The translations under genes and the position numbers were made by a program. From IMG/VR virus record IMGVR_UViG_3300034392_000002: a DNA stretch of 62,929 nt; one strand, 5' to 3'. Of this stretch, positions 53,929-62,140 are shown in pieces (position 1 is the stretch's first letter; every line of letters begins with the position of its first letter). Source of the DNA: a virus. The notes beneath the pieces are model-generated. The model saw nothing but the letters and a program-made list of their open reading frames with translations. It was not told where the DNA came from and ran no database searches.

Positions 53929-54819
53929 TCAAACAGCTTTCGCTGTGCTAGTGACTGGCAGGCGGCAGAAGCAGTCGCGCTTCCCTTCTCCATGTGGCAC
54001 TTCGCCGGAGCCGCCGCACTCAGCGCAGTGTGGATCGGGCGGACTCAGTAAAACTGTCGGTTGTTTGTGATGGCCGTTATTTGATTGAGAGAGAAAGGCC
54101 GCAATAGACTCGTCGGCCTCGCCTGAACGGAAAATGGTGGTCGCGTAGCCACCCGGGTTAGAGATGCCGTCAGACTTCAGATGTTCGGCGTAGGCCCGGC
54201 ATTCGGTTAAAGAAAATCTTGACCCTACACACACGGCGGGCTGTTTTTTGCCCGCCTGCTTTGTGTGTGTTTTTTTTCTATTTCTTTTAAGATTTTCTTT
54301 ATCCTTATATGGTACTAAAGATTCTTTAGTGTTTTTTGTGTTTAACTCTAAAGAATCTTTAGTAGTTAATCCTAAAGAATCTTTAGTAGTTAAAGACTTG
54401 TCAGCTACTAAAGAATCTTTAGTAGCTGAATCGAGCATCATGCGCACATGCGGGCCGCTCTTATTTACTTTCAACGCGGTGATTTGAGCTTCAAGAGTGG
54501 CCTCATCTTCATCCTCGATGCTGATGCGATAACCGTACGTCGAGCCACGACGAACCCGGTAGATATAACCGTGCTCGGTCGCGCGCTTAATGCCTTCGGT
54601 GACACTGGGCATCGAGAGACCGCTGAGGCTGACAATGTCCGTGAGACTCAAGAGTACTTCCTTTACGTGGTAGCCGAAGGTGTAGCGGATGGACAGCTCA
54701 ACGACCTTCAGTTCTGCGAGAGAGGTAATCTCTGGCAACCACTCGTCGTAAAAGACATTCGGACTCTGCGTGTATTTCAGAGCCGGTGCCTGTCGCATTC
54801 TGGATGGCTGTTTTGCCAC
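53929..54819 (-). CDS. replication initiator, lambda O-like winged-helix N-terminus, C-terminal CxxCGGSG zinc knuckle
   Basis: NVFYDEWLPEITSLAELKVVELSIRYTFGYH...LSLTDIVSLSGLSMPSVTEGIKRATEHGYI; internal iterons. Confidence 0.65.
   Translation of the reverse strand: MAKQPSRMRQAPALKYTQSPNVFYDEWLPEITSLAELKVVELSIRYTFGYHVKEVLLSLTDIVSLSGLSMPSVTEGIKRATEHGYIYRVRRGSTYGYRISIEDEDEATLEAQITALKVNKSGPHVRMMLDSATKDSLVADKSLTTKDSLGLTTKDSLELNTKNTKESLVPYKDKENLKRNRKKTHTKQAGKKQPAVCVGSRFSLTECRAYAEHLKSDGISNPGGYATTIFRSGEADESIAAFLSQSNNGHHKQPTVLLSPPDPHCAECGGSGEVPHGEGKRDCFCRLPVTSTAKAV
54268..54312. promoter_or_regulatory. AT-rich tract adjacent to the iterons (candidate DNA-unwinding element)
   Basis: gtgttttttttctatttcttttaagattttctttatccttatatgg in an otherwise GC-rich genome. 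Confidence 0.6.
54314..54425. repeat. Four palindromic iterons CTAAAGA(A/T)TCTTTAG (candidate origin)
   Basis: Copies at 54314..54330, 54348..54362, 54372..54386 and 54405..54425. Confidence 0.8.
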
Positions 54820-54843
54820 GATACTCTTCTCAACTCCTGCTCT

Positions 54844-56157
54844 CTAGGAAGCGGTAGCCGTCGCTGCTTCGGCCTTCTGTTGACAGAGCCGGGTCAGATG
54901 TTCTGTGAAAAGCGTGGCCGAGTGCTTAGAGAGTTCGTCAACCTTGCATTTCGTCAGGCGCATGCATTCAGCATCCGCGTCAACACCTGCGTCCTGGGCC
55001 AACTGCTTGATGATGTTCTCCTGCGCTCGCGTAATGAGGTCGCTTTTCGTCTTCGCCTGCGGGTTGGCAGGAAATTTAACGTGCGATGTGAGTTGGGAGG
55101 TCGAGATTGAACCTGCTGGCGCTACTGGCGTCTGGCCTGCGCTCACGGTCGCTTGTGACGGTTGCTGAGCTTCAAGCCAGAACTTTACGATGAGGATATG
55201 CTCACAGCGGTACTGTGGATTCTCTTTGACTAGCTCAACAAACTCGGCGCAGGTGCAATGCACCTTTTTCTTCTCGTCTTTCCATATCTCGTATCTCTCC
55301 GTCGGCGTCGTCAGGCTCGGCATTGTGACGGCGTAACGGTCTTCATCACGTTCGACCGTTCCCGGCATTGCGGCGATGGCCCGCGCTCGCCTCTCCATCT
55401 GGCTTGTGTCATCACTGTGCGCGTCAATTTGCGCTGTGGCAGCGGGGATGTAAGTGGTCCGTTCAGGTGCGGGTGCGCCAGCGGCAAGCCACCCCATGAT
55501 TTCTCTCGCGAGAGAACCGTCGGGCTTGGCAATAATTCTGCCTGAGAGAGAAACCATGCGCGTCTTCTCAATGGTCAGGGTGTTATCAATTGAGAGCTGA
55601 CCGATGATGTCAAATTCATATTCGACGCCGTCGCGCTGGATGGCGGCGAGTCCGATGCGTCGGGGTACAGACTTGTTGCGGTCATCTCGCTCGACGACGT
55701 AATCAGTCTTGACGCGCATTGTCGCAATGACGTGCATCGGAGCTTCGAGGATGGCGGCGATCAGCTTGTTCTGAAGCGGCGTGCCGACTCTGCCCCACTC
55801 AGCAAACGAGTTGCCGCCGCGTGAGTTGACTTGGTCGAGCACGCCGCCCTCTGCATTCCACGCGTGCGAAAGACTATCAATCACGATGACACTGTAGCCA
55901 GCTTCGGCCGCGGCGTTGATGGCGGCGATATAATGATTAGGGTTGAAATTGGATAGAGCGCAGGAGTCGAACTCGAAGATGTCGCTGTACAGCGAAGCCG
56001 AATTGCGCTCGGTGTCGAGCACGGCGATCCGACCCTCGGCAGCCAGTTCCTTTGCCAGCACCAGCGCCGTGTATGTTTTGCCGCTCCCTGATGGCCCCAT
56101 CAATGCCATGCGCAGTCTGCGTTGTACTTTTGTAGCCTTGATAAATTGAAAGGTCAT
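54844..56157 (-). CDS. AAA_24 (Sak4-like RecA-fold) ATPase with a C-terminal SWIM zinc finger
   Basis: LMGPSGSGKTYTA, VIVIDSLSHAW; CTC...(14)...CEH. Confidence 0.65.
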   Translation of the reverse strand: MTFQFIKATKVQRRLRMALMGPSGSGKTYTALVLAKELAAEGRIAVLDTERNSASLYSDIFEFDSCALSNFNPNHYIAAINAAAEAGYSVIVIDSLSHAWNAEGGVLDQVNSRGGNSFAEWGRVGTPLQNKLIAAILEAPMHVIATMRVKTDYVVERDDRNKSVPRRIGLAAIQRDGVEYEFDIIGQLSIDNTLTIEKTRMVSLSGRIIAKPDGSLAREIMGWLAAGAPAPERTTYIPAATAQIDAHSDDTSQMERRARAIAAMPGTVERDEDRYAVTMPSLTTPTERYEIWKDEKKKVHCTCAEFVELVKENPQYRCEHILIVKFWLEAQQPSQATVSAGQTPVAPAGSISTSQLTSHVKFPANPQAKTKSDLITRAQENIIKQLAQDAGVDADAECMRLTKCKVDELSKHSATLFTEHLTRLCQQKAEAATATAS

Positions 56158-56162
56158 GGCCG

Positions 56163-56513
56163 TTATTTCCTTTCGGTTGGAGGATGGAGTAACGGCGCGG
56201 GAGCCAGCGCTGGTGATTCGGCAGCGGTGGAGGCAACACGGGCATGACTCTTATCAATCGCGCGCTGATGGCGTTCGGCCTGCCGACGTGTGAGTCCGCT
56301 CTCCATCTCGCGACCGTTTTTTACAACCCGATAGCGAGTGTATGTATGGCCGCGCCCAGTCCCGCGACCGCGCGAGCAGGCGTCGTAAGTGATCTGATAC
56401 GGCTCAACCACGATGACATCTCCGGCCGGCGGTTGATGAAAATCTTGCTTTGCGTCTGAATTTGTGTTAGGTTCACTCATGTTCAATTTCCCTTCTCTAG
56501 TGAATGCGAACAA
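56163..56513 (-). CDS. hypothetical protein
   Basis: 116-aa ORF. Confidence 0.5.
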   Translation of the reverse strand: MFAFTREGKLNMSEPNTNSDAKQDFHQPPAGDVIVVEPYQITYDACSRGRGTGRGHTYTRYRVVKNGREMESGLTRRQAERHQRAIDKSHARVASTAAESPALAPAPLLHPPTERK

Positions 56514-56563
56514 ATGAAGTACTGAGTCGGCGGTCTCTTAGCGGAGAGCCGCCGATTCGCTTT

Positions 56564-56845
56564 TTAGGACGCTGGCATAACTCGCCGTCGTCCGCGCCTC
56601 GGAGTTCTCACATGATCAGACAGCAGCGGCAATTCATAATCGTTGTCTAGTAACGCTCTCTGCGGAAGATTTATGGCTTCCATGATTTCCAACAAGATTC
56701 CAATCGCTATGCCTAGTTCGCCTCGACACGCGCGCTGGATGGTATCTTTTGAGCGCCCAGTTTTATCCCGCAACATTTTGATGGTGATACCCTCGCGTTC
56801 CATCTGTGCAGTTATGAGATCGTGTCTGTATGTGTAATTGCTCAT
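56564..56845 (-). CDS. Cro-like HTH regulator
   Basis: Start refined to ATG 56845 (RBS gaggaa); ITIKMLRDKTGRSKDTIQRACRG HTH; divergent from the cI-like gene. Confidence 0.55.
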   Translation of the reverse strand: MSNYTYRHDLITAQMEREGITIKMLRDKTGRSKDTIQRACRGELGIAIGILLEIMEAINLPQRALLDNDYELPLLSDHVRTPRRGRRRVMPAS

Positions 56846-56848
56846 TTC

Positions 56849-56875
56849 GCGATTCCTCATTTTTGAGGAATTCGC
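56849..56875. promoter_or_regulatory. Operator-like inverted repeat between the divergent HTH genes
   Basis: ttcctca-tttt-tgaggaa (56853..56870), extended by gcga/ttcgc flanks. Confidence 0.55.
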
Positions 56876-56897
56876 ATCATAAATGAGGTCTAAAGAT

Positions 56898-57332
56898 ATG
56901 TCAACCGAAATTTCAGGACAAATTAAAGGCGCAAGTGTTATATTGCTGGCGATGCCTGCCAAGAGAGAAACCCTGGGTGCATACCTGACTCGGTATATGG
57001 ATGAGCGAGGTATTAAACCTATGGATATTCAACGGCTCAGCGCTGAGCGCGGAGAAAAAATCTGGAATGGCTACATTTACAAAGTGCTGAGGGATGAAGT
57101 TGATCCTGGCGTAAAGACACTTCAGAAATTATGTCGCTACATAGGTTGCCCTGAGGAGGAAGCGTTCGCCGCCGCCAGAGGGTTTGAGTTAGCGGCATCA
57201 GTGAAATACAGCAATAAGTTTTTCGCAGATATCGAAAAGGGATTTCGATCTTTGTCCCCTGAGGACCAACAGGCATTGGCAGGAACTATTGATTTGCTAC
57301 AACGAGACATCCTGCGGCGTTTACAGAAGTAG
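56898..57332 (+). CDS. CI-like XRE-family HTH repressor
   Basis: ATG 56898 after gagg; LGAYLTRYMDERGIKPMDIQRLSAERGEKIWNGYIYKV. Confidence 0.55.
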   Translation: MSTEISGQIKGASVILLAMPAKRETLGAYLTRYMDERGIKPMDIQRLSAERGEKIWNGYIYKVLRDEVDPGVKTLQKLCRYIGCPEEEAFAAARGFELAASVKYSNKFFADIEKGFRSLSPEDQQALAGTIDLLQRDILRRLQK

Positions 57333-57334
57333 GT

Positions 57335-57643
57335 TTAGTTGATGCTCTCTTCCTCTGTTTCCCCAGATGGCTGACCTACTTCATGGTCGGATTGCTCTTC
57401 TATCATCGGTGCTACGGTCTTGTTCAAATACTCTTCCAAATAAGGCTCGAAATCATCTGTCGCAATCGCTGCTTGACTAAGCGCCAACCGCGCTAATCCA
57501 TATCGTTCTTGATTGCCATTCGGGTCTGAGACAATCGAGACCAATTCAATTAATAATTTAGCTAAAGCACATGATTCATCATCTTTGTTGAGAATGAGGT
57601 CAATAATTTCCTTGACTCGTTTGGAAGCGCGCGGCATGGTCAT
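57335..57643 (-). CDS. acidic hypothetical protein
   Basis: 102-aa ORF with RBS ggagt. Confidence 0.45.
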   Translation of the reverse strand: MTMPRASKRVKEIIDLILNKDDESCALAKLLIELVSIVSDPNGNQERYGLARLALSQAAIATDDFEPYLEEYLNKTVAPMIEEQSDHEVGQPSGETEEESIN

Positions 57644-57774
57644 TTGGGTTGGGACTCCTTCGACCTATCTTCACCTTTTTGACAGTATAACCGCAACTTA
57701 TCTTACATTTTGCAATTAGCAACCGGGCTTTCTAATATAGCCATTTTCTTTATTCAAACAATTTAATAACATCA

Positions 57775-57809
57775 AGAAAGGGTGATGGATAATATCCATC
57801 ACCCTTTCT
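57775..57809 (-). terminator. Strong hairpin terminator after the TPR regulator gene
   Basis: gaaagggtgatggata / tatccatcaccctttc; the minus strand continues ttgatgttatt. Confidence 0.75.
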
Positions 57810-57833
57810 ACATCGAGCGTCTTGTTCAAATGC

Positions 57834-59363
57834 TTAACTAGGTGGTCGAAAGCACCTGCCCTTTGGCCCAGTGTCTTTGTTGATAATCGAGCGACGGCGT
57901 TGTCGCGGCGGCAGACGCTGCGTTAAGAGATTGCTATGCCGTCTCTGGATAATTTTAATCAGATGTTGGTGTTTGACACCTAAACTCCGTGCGGCACGAG
58001 TCACTTGCCCATCGGTTTCGCGGAGAGCTTGATTAATCAGGTAAGCTTCGTAACGCTGGATTTTTTGCTTTAACGTTATGCCGTTCCCATTTTCACTGAG
58101 ATCCATCTCAAGCCCAAATGTCGCTAACACCTTTTCTGCACAATTCAGCAGGCGTGGTGTGAGCGTCTGTTTCTCTGACGCACCGAGATTGTTGCTCGCT
58201 GCCGTATACAAAGCCAGAGACTCGGGAGCGCTGAACGTTTCTCCCAATTCTTCAATCAGCGTCAGCGCGATGGTCGCCGCTGTGGTGACATCGCCGATCT
58301 GCAAGGCCATCTCCCTCGCGTCTTCCAGAATTTCATGCGCTTGCTGCTTCTGCTCTTGTCTGGCGAGGGCAATGCCGTAGGTGGTCTGGATACGGACGTA
58401 TAACAACTGCTCGCCTCCGCTTTCAAGAGACTCAAGCGCGGCCCGCGCGACTTGCGCGGCGGCAGCGGGTTGTTGTTCGGCTAGATAGACGTGGGCCAGC
58501 GTGTCGTCAAACTCAGCTATGTTGTAATGGTCATTTAAGGTGATGGCTATCGCTCGCGCACGCATCAGGTGCCGTCGGGCATCTTCGTGGCGTCCTAATG
58601 CCAGGTACAGTTCGCCGAGATTATTTTGTACGGACGCAATGAAGCGTGGTGTGCCAGCCTGCTCAAAATGAAAACTTGCGGCCTCCATTTCGATCAATGC
58701 CCGGTCGAGATAGTCTGGCCGCTGTTCTGCGAATCCGACATTTCTCAGTGCCAGCGCTAGCTCGCTGCGAAATTTACCCCGCAAGACATCTCCACCTACA
58801 CTATCGAGCAACGTTTCGCCGCCCAACAGATACTGCAAAGCATCGTGATGCCGGCCCCGCCGACCTAAGACCATTGCGAGATTGTAGATGGCGCGTGCGC
58901 GTTGTAGGCTCTGACTCCGCTCTCCAAGCAACGACAACACGCTCTCCAATATGACGTGGGCTTCATCTAATTCCCCGCCCCGCCAATAACAGATCGCTAG
59001 CTCGATCATCGCGGCGGCCTGTTCCTCTCGTGCTCCGAGAGATTCACACAGCGACTGCGCTTCACTGAGCAGGTCTTTTGCCAGCGGCCCAGCTCCGGGA
59101 AATTGCTGCGCGCTTCCTAAGCGTTCGGTGAGCGTGCCGGCGCATAACAGCAGCTCGGCGCGCGCGATGTCACTCAGGCCTGCGATCCGCACTTCTACGC
59201 CAATACCATCCCAAAACGGTTCAAGCATCGCCAGAGCGCCGTCATATTGCCCTAACTCCATTAACTCACGGGCGGCCGTGCAGCACGATCTGACATGGTT
59301 TTCAATCCCATTATCAGAAGTGTTAATCCCTATTGTTCGCATGTTCTTTCTTGCCCGGCTCAT
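57834..59363 (-). CDS. TPR-repeat regulator with a C-terminal Fis-type HTH
   Basis: Repeated helical TPR-like units (ARAIYNLAMVLGRRGRHHDALQYL, NNLGELYLALGRHEDARRHL ...); C-terminal YEAYLINQALRETDGQVTRAARSLGVKHQHLIKII. Confidence 0.65.
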   Translation of the reverse strand: MSRARKNMRTIGINTSDNGIENHVRSCCTAARELMELGQYDGALAMLEPFWDGIGVEVRIAGLSDIARAELLLCAGTLTERLGSAQQFPGAGPLAKDLLSEAQSLCESLGAREEQAAAMIELAICYWRGGELDEAHVILESVLSLLGERSQSLQRARAIYNLAMVLGRRGRHHDALQYLLGGETLLDSVGGDVLRGKFRSELALALRNVGFAEQRPDYLDRALIEMEAASFHFEQAGTPRFIASVQNNLGELYLALGRHEDARRHLMRARAIAITLNDHYNIAEFDDTLAHVYLAEQQPAAAAQVARAALESLESGGEQLLYVRIQTTYGIALARQEQKQQAHEILEDAREMALQIGDVTTAATIALTLIEELGETFSAPESLALYTAASNNLGASEKQTLTPRLLNCAEKVLATFGLEMDLSENGNGITLKQKIQRYEAYLINQALRETDGQVTRAARSLGVKHQHLIKIIQRRHSNLLTQRLPPRQRRRSIINKDTGPKGRCFRPPS

Positions 59364-59518
59364 AATTCGGTCACTTCCTCTTTTAGAAATCCTTAACTCC
59401 GTTAGTCGCTGTGGTTGCTAATGGTGATATGATGTGCGCGTGCAACGACTTCCCGACGCTTTCTGCCACCAATTCCACGGCGGAGATTAATACCCCGCCA
59501 ACTATTAAGGAAAACCCA

Positions 59519-59725
59519 ATGCAAAAAATGAAAATGATGTGTGCGTCCTTGATTTTAGTTTTCACCCTGAGCATGTCCATCCAAGCACAATCACCGTTAC
59601 CAGAGTGTGACGGACAATCGCAAATGCCCGGCGTAGTGTGCCGAAACAATAGCGAAGTGCAGCCACCAGATGATGCGCTGACGGCTATCTATCTCGGTCT
59701 GATGGGACTCTTATCAGGCATCTAA
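59519..59725 (+). CDS. small secreted Cys-containing peptide with a hydrophobic C-terminus
   Basis: ATG 59519 after aaggaaaa; signal peptide MQKMKMMCASLILVFTLSMSIQA|QS; 68 aa. Confidence 0.45.
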   Translation: MQKMKMMCASLILVFTLSMSIQAQSPLPECDGQSQMPGVVCRNNSEVQPPDDALTAIYLGLMGLLSGI

Positions 59726-59822
59726 CTTACGGTCTTCAGACAATCTATCGCTAGAACTGACCTGGGCGAAAACAAGACAAACGCGCGGGGTAGGAGACGT
59801 CTGCTCACTGTTAAGTCCTGTG

Positions 59823-61031
59823 TTAGTTGGTCGTTAGTCGTTTATGGTTGCATCTAGCAACGCCCTTCTCATAGCCCTCAGGATAATACAGGCCACTCCC
59901 ACCGCAGTCAGGACATTTACGAACATCGCCCTGCGGGGTGGGAGTCGGCTCGCGGCTGGCCTCGGCCTTCCCTTCCTCAGTGAGTTGCCGCTGGTCTTTC
60001 TTCCAGAGCCGTCGCCGCAGGTGTTCGGCGAGGAACGAAGGCACAGATGAGATGGTAGTGCGAGCGGCAGCAATCTTCAACTCAGCGACGAGGACCTCGG
60101 CCAGCTCCGTCCAACGCTCTGCATCAGCGTGAGACGGAGCGACTCCCGTTAGCTCTGTGGTTGTCGTTTTCAGCCGTTCGACCATGCCAGCCAGCGCAGC
60201 GTCATCATCAATCGTTCGCTGGTCTTTAAGAAAAGTCTTAGCTTCGCCGGAAGCAGTTGATTCTGTAAGAGATGAACTCTGGTCACTCTGAGCAGATTCT
60301 GCACTGGGTGGTCTGAGCAGATTCGACTCTGTGTGGTCTGAGTGGTCTGTGCTGTTCACCTGCACAGGGTTGCCGTCCAAATCGAAAGGAAGGCGCGCTT
60401 CTTCCGGGAGATGAACAGAATAGAGATTGCCGTCCTGCTCGCCATGAATTGACTGCCATGAAACTAGCCCGACCGCGCGCAGGTGCAGCAGATTATCTCT
60501 GAGCGTATGAGTCGAACCGATGTCTGAGCCTTTCATCAATTCCATTCGGCGCAACCTGACAGTCACTACCGGGACTATCGCGCCGCGGGTTTTCGAATAC
60601 AGGTAATCGTAAAGCTGTTTTGATTTTCCTCTAAAGAGGCCGTGGCGGATGGCATCCCGAACGATGGAGTTTGCGGCCTTCATATAATCGCGAGCTGGCG
60701 CGATTGCGGTCTGTGCAGTTGTCCTGCTCAGAGTAGAACGACTGCCCTGTGCAGCCTTCCTGCTCTGAGTAGTTTGTCTGCTCGGAGTTGATGGCCTGCT
60801 CTGTGCAGGACTGATGATCTGAGTGGCCTGTGCTGAAGAGGTGCTCTGAGTAGGTGAACTGCTCTGAGCATCCGAAGTGCCTAGAGTACGCTCTGCTTCG
60901 GGTTGAGCTTCAGCTCTCCCCATGAGACGGTTCATTACACTTTTAACGGTCGCATTCTCGGCAGGGGTAATTGATACAGACTCAATACTATACTTCCTGC
61001 GCCTGCGCGACTGCGTTTGGTCTTTCGACAC
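59823..61031 (-). CDS. second O-like winged-helix initiator / partition-adaptor candidate with a Ser/Thr/Gln-rich N-terminus and a CxxCGGSG zinc knuckle
   Basis: GTG start after aggaga; LYDYLYSKTRGAIVPVVTVRLRRMELMKGSDIGSTHTLRDNLLHLRAVGLV; C-terminal KCPDCGGSGLYYPEG. Confidence 0.5.
   Translation of the reverse strand: MSKDQTQSRRRRKYSIESVSITPAENATVKSVMNRLMGRAEAQPEAERTLGTSDAQSSSPTQSTSSAQATQIISPAQSRPSTPSRQTTQSRKAAQGSRSTLSRTTAQTAIAPARDYMKAANSIVRDAIRHGLFRGKSKQLYDYLYSKTRGAIVPVVTVRLRRMELMKGSDIGSTHTLRDNLLHLRAVGLVSWQSIHGEQDGNLYSVHLPEEARLPFDLDGNPVQVNSTDHSDHTESNLLRPPSAESAQSDQSSSLTESTASGEAKTFLKDQRTIDDDAALAGMVERLKTTTTELTGVAPSHADAERWTELAEVLVAELKIAAARTTISSVPSFLAEHLRRRLWKKDQRQLTEEGKAEASREPTPTPQGDVRKCPDCGGSGLYYPEGYEKGVARCNHKRLTTN
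60285..60351. repeat. Dyad-containing repeats TCTGAGCAGATTC (2 exact copies plus degenerate copies) inside the initiator-like gene
   Basis: 60287..60299 and 60312..60324 are identical but read in different codon phases (SNLLR vs ESAQS). Confidence 0.8.
60722..60871. repeat. Degenerate ~18-bp periodic repeats with core CTGCTC(A/T)GAG
   Basis: cctgctcagagtag, cctgctctgagtag, cctgctctgtgcag, gtgctctgagtag, tgctctgagca; the core is the reverse complement of the 60285 motif. Confidence 0.65.
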
Positions 61032-61794
61032 GGCTGATAATCTCCTGAGTTAGTTGCTCGTAGTCTTGATGTGCACGGCTCCCGTGAGCGTAATCAACGA
61101 TCGGCATACGCGCGGCAGAGGATTCCACTAAAGTCGCCGTGTGCCTGATGATGGTATCTAGGGCCAAGCCCTCAAAATCCTCTTTAATCTTCTCCAGCAC
61201 GTCTTTATTGACATTCACGTTGCTGCGATGAATGGTCGCCAGCGCATAGATTTGCAGCGCCGGATTAGATTCTTCCATGACATCGTTAACGATGGCCATC
61301 AAGCGCTTTAACGCAGCGTAAGCAAACCAGTTCGTTTGAATCGCTACAATCAGGTGTGTGGCGGCACAGAAGGCGTTAACAGTAGAAATCCCAAGCGTCG
61401 GCGCACAATCAACGACCGTGTAATCGAAATCGCTCTCGAGCTGCGCCAGTGCACGCGCCAGCCGCATCTCGCGATTGATAACGGAAACGAGCTTCAGGTC
61501 AATCTCAGCCAGCGCCAGATGGCCGGGCGCAAGTTGGAGGTTAGGGCCGACGGGCTTGATGATCGCTTGCATGCCAGGAGTCTTTTCCGACATCAGAGCA
61601 TAGGAACTCAGCATCTCGTCTTGCGGTGTCTCCTGACCTAAGTGGTCAGTAGCATTAGCCTGTGGGTCCAAGTCCACCAGCAGCACGCGCCGGTTGGAAC
61701 GCGCCAGACAGGTTGCCAGATTAACCGCTGTCGTTGTCTTTCCGACGCCGCCCTTTTGATTTGCGATGACGATAGTTTTCATCTGACTGCTCAT
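60988..61794 (-). CDS. parA: ParA/Soj-type partition ATPase
   Basis: KTIVIANQKGGVGKTTTAVNLA deviant Walker A. Confidence 0.85.
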   Translation of the reverse strand: MSSQMKTIVIANQKGGVGKTTTAVNLATCLARSNRRVLLVDLDPQANATDHLGQETPQDEMLSSYALMSEKTPGMQAIIKPVGPNLQLAPGHLALAEIDLKLVSVINREMRLARALAQLESDFDYTVVDCAPTLGISTVNAFCAATHLIVAIQTNWFAYAALKRLMAIVNDVMEESNPALQIYALATIHRSNVNVNKDVLEKIKEDFEGLALDTIIRHTATLVESSAARMPIVDYAHGSRAHQDYEQLTQEIISRVERPNAVAQAQEV

Positions 61795-61820
61795 CTTCCT
61801 CGCACAGTCACATGCGCGGA

Positions 61821-62072
61821 TTACTTTGAATAGTCCGACTCAGAGGAACTGTTCTGACAGATAATGTTACCAGCTACTTCAATGCGAAACTCTTTACTAT
61901 CAAACTCGCCGCCTATCAAAACAGGCTCGCGGCTAGGTGCGCCGATTGGGTTGCGCCATAATCGCCAGCCCGCAACCCGCACACAAGTCAACTCTAATTC
62001 ATAGTCGTCGGCTATGCGGAATCTCTGACCATCTACAATGACCACAACCGCGTGGTAGCTAGGGTTGCTCAT
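61821..62072 (-). CDS. hypothetical protein
   Basis: 83-aa ORF. Confidence 0.45.
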   Translation of the reverse strand: MSNPSYHAVVVIVDGQRFRIADDYELELTCVRVAGWRLWRNPIGAPSREPVLIGGEFDSKEFRIEVAGNIICQNSSSESDYSK

Positions 62073-62140
62073 CTATATGCTCTCGTTGCTTTCAAGGCTT
62101 TACCTGTTCATCTCAGCAGGGAAGGGAAGTGGTCACAGTG

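Noticed and set aside
60722-60871. Periodic short repeats considered as a possible CRISPR array
   Set aside because: The units are ~18 bp and degenerate, with no unique spacers of CRISPR size. They lie in frame inside a coding region and encode Ser/Thr/Gln hexapeptide repeats.
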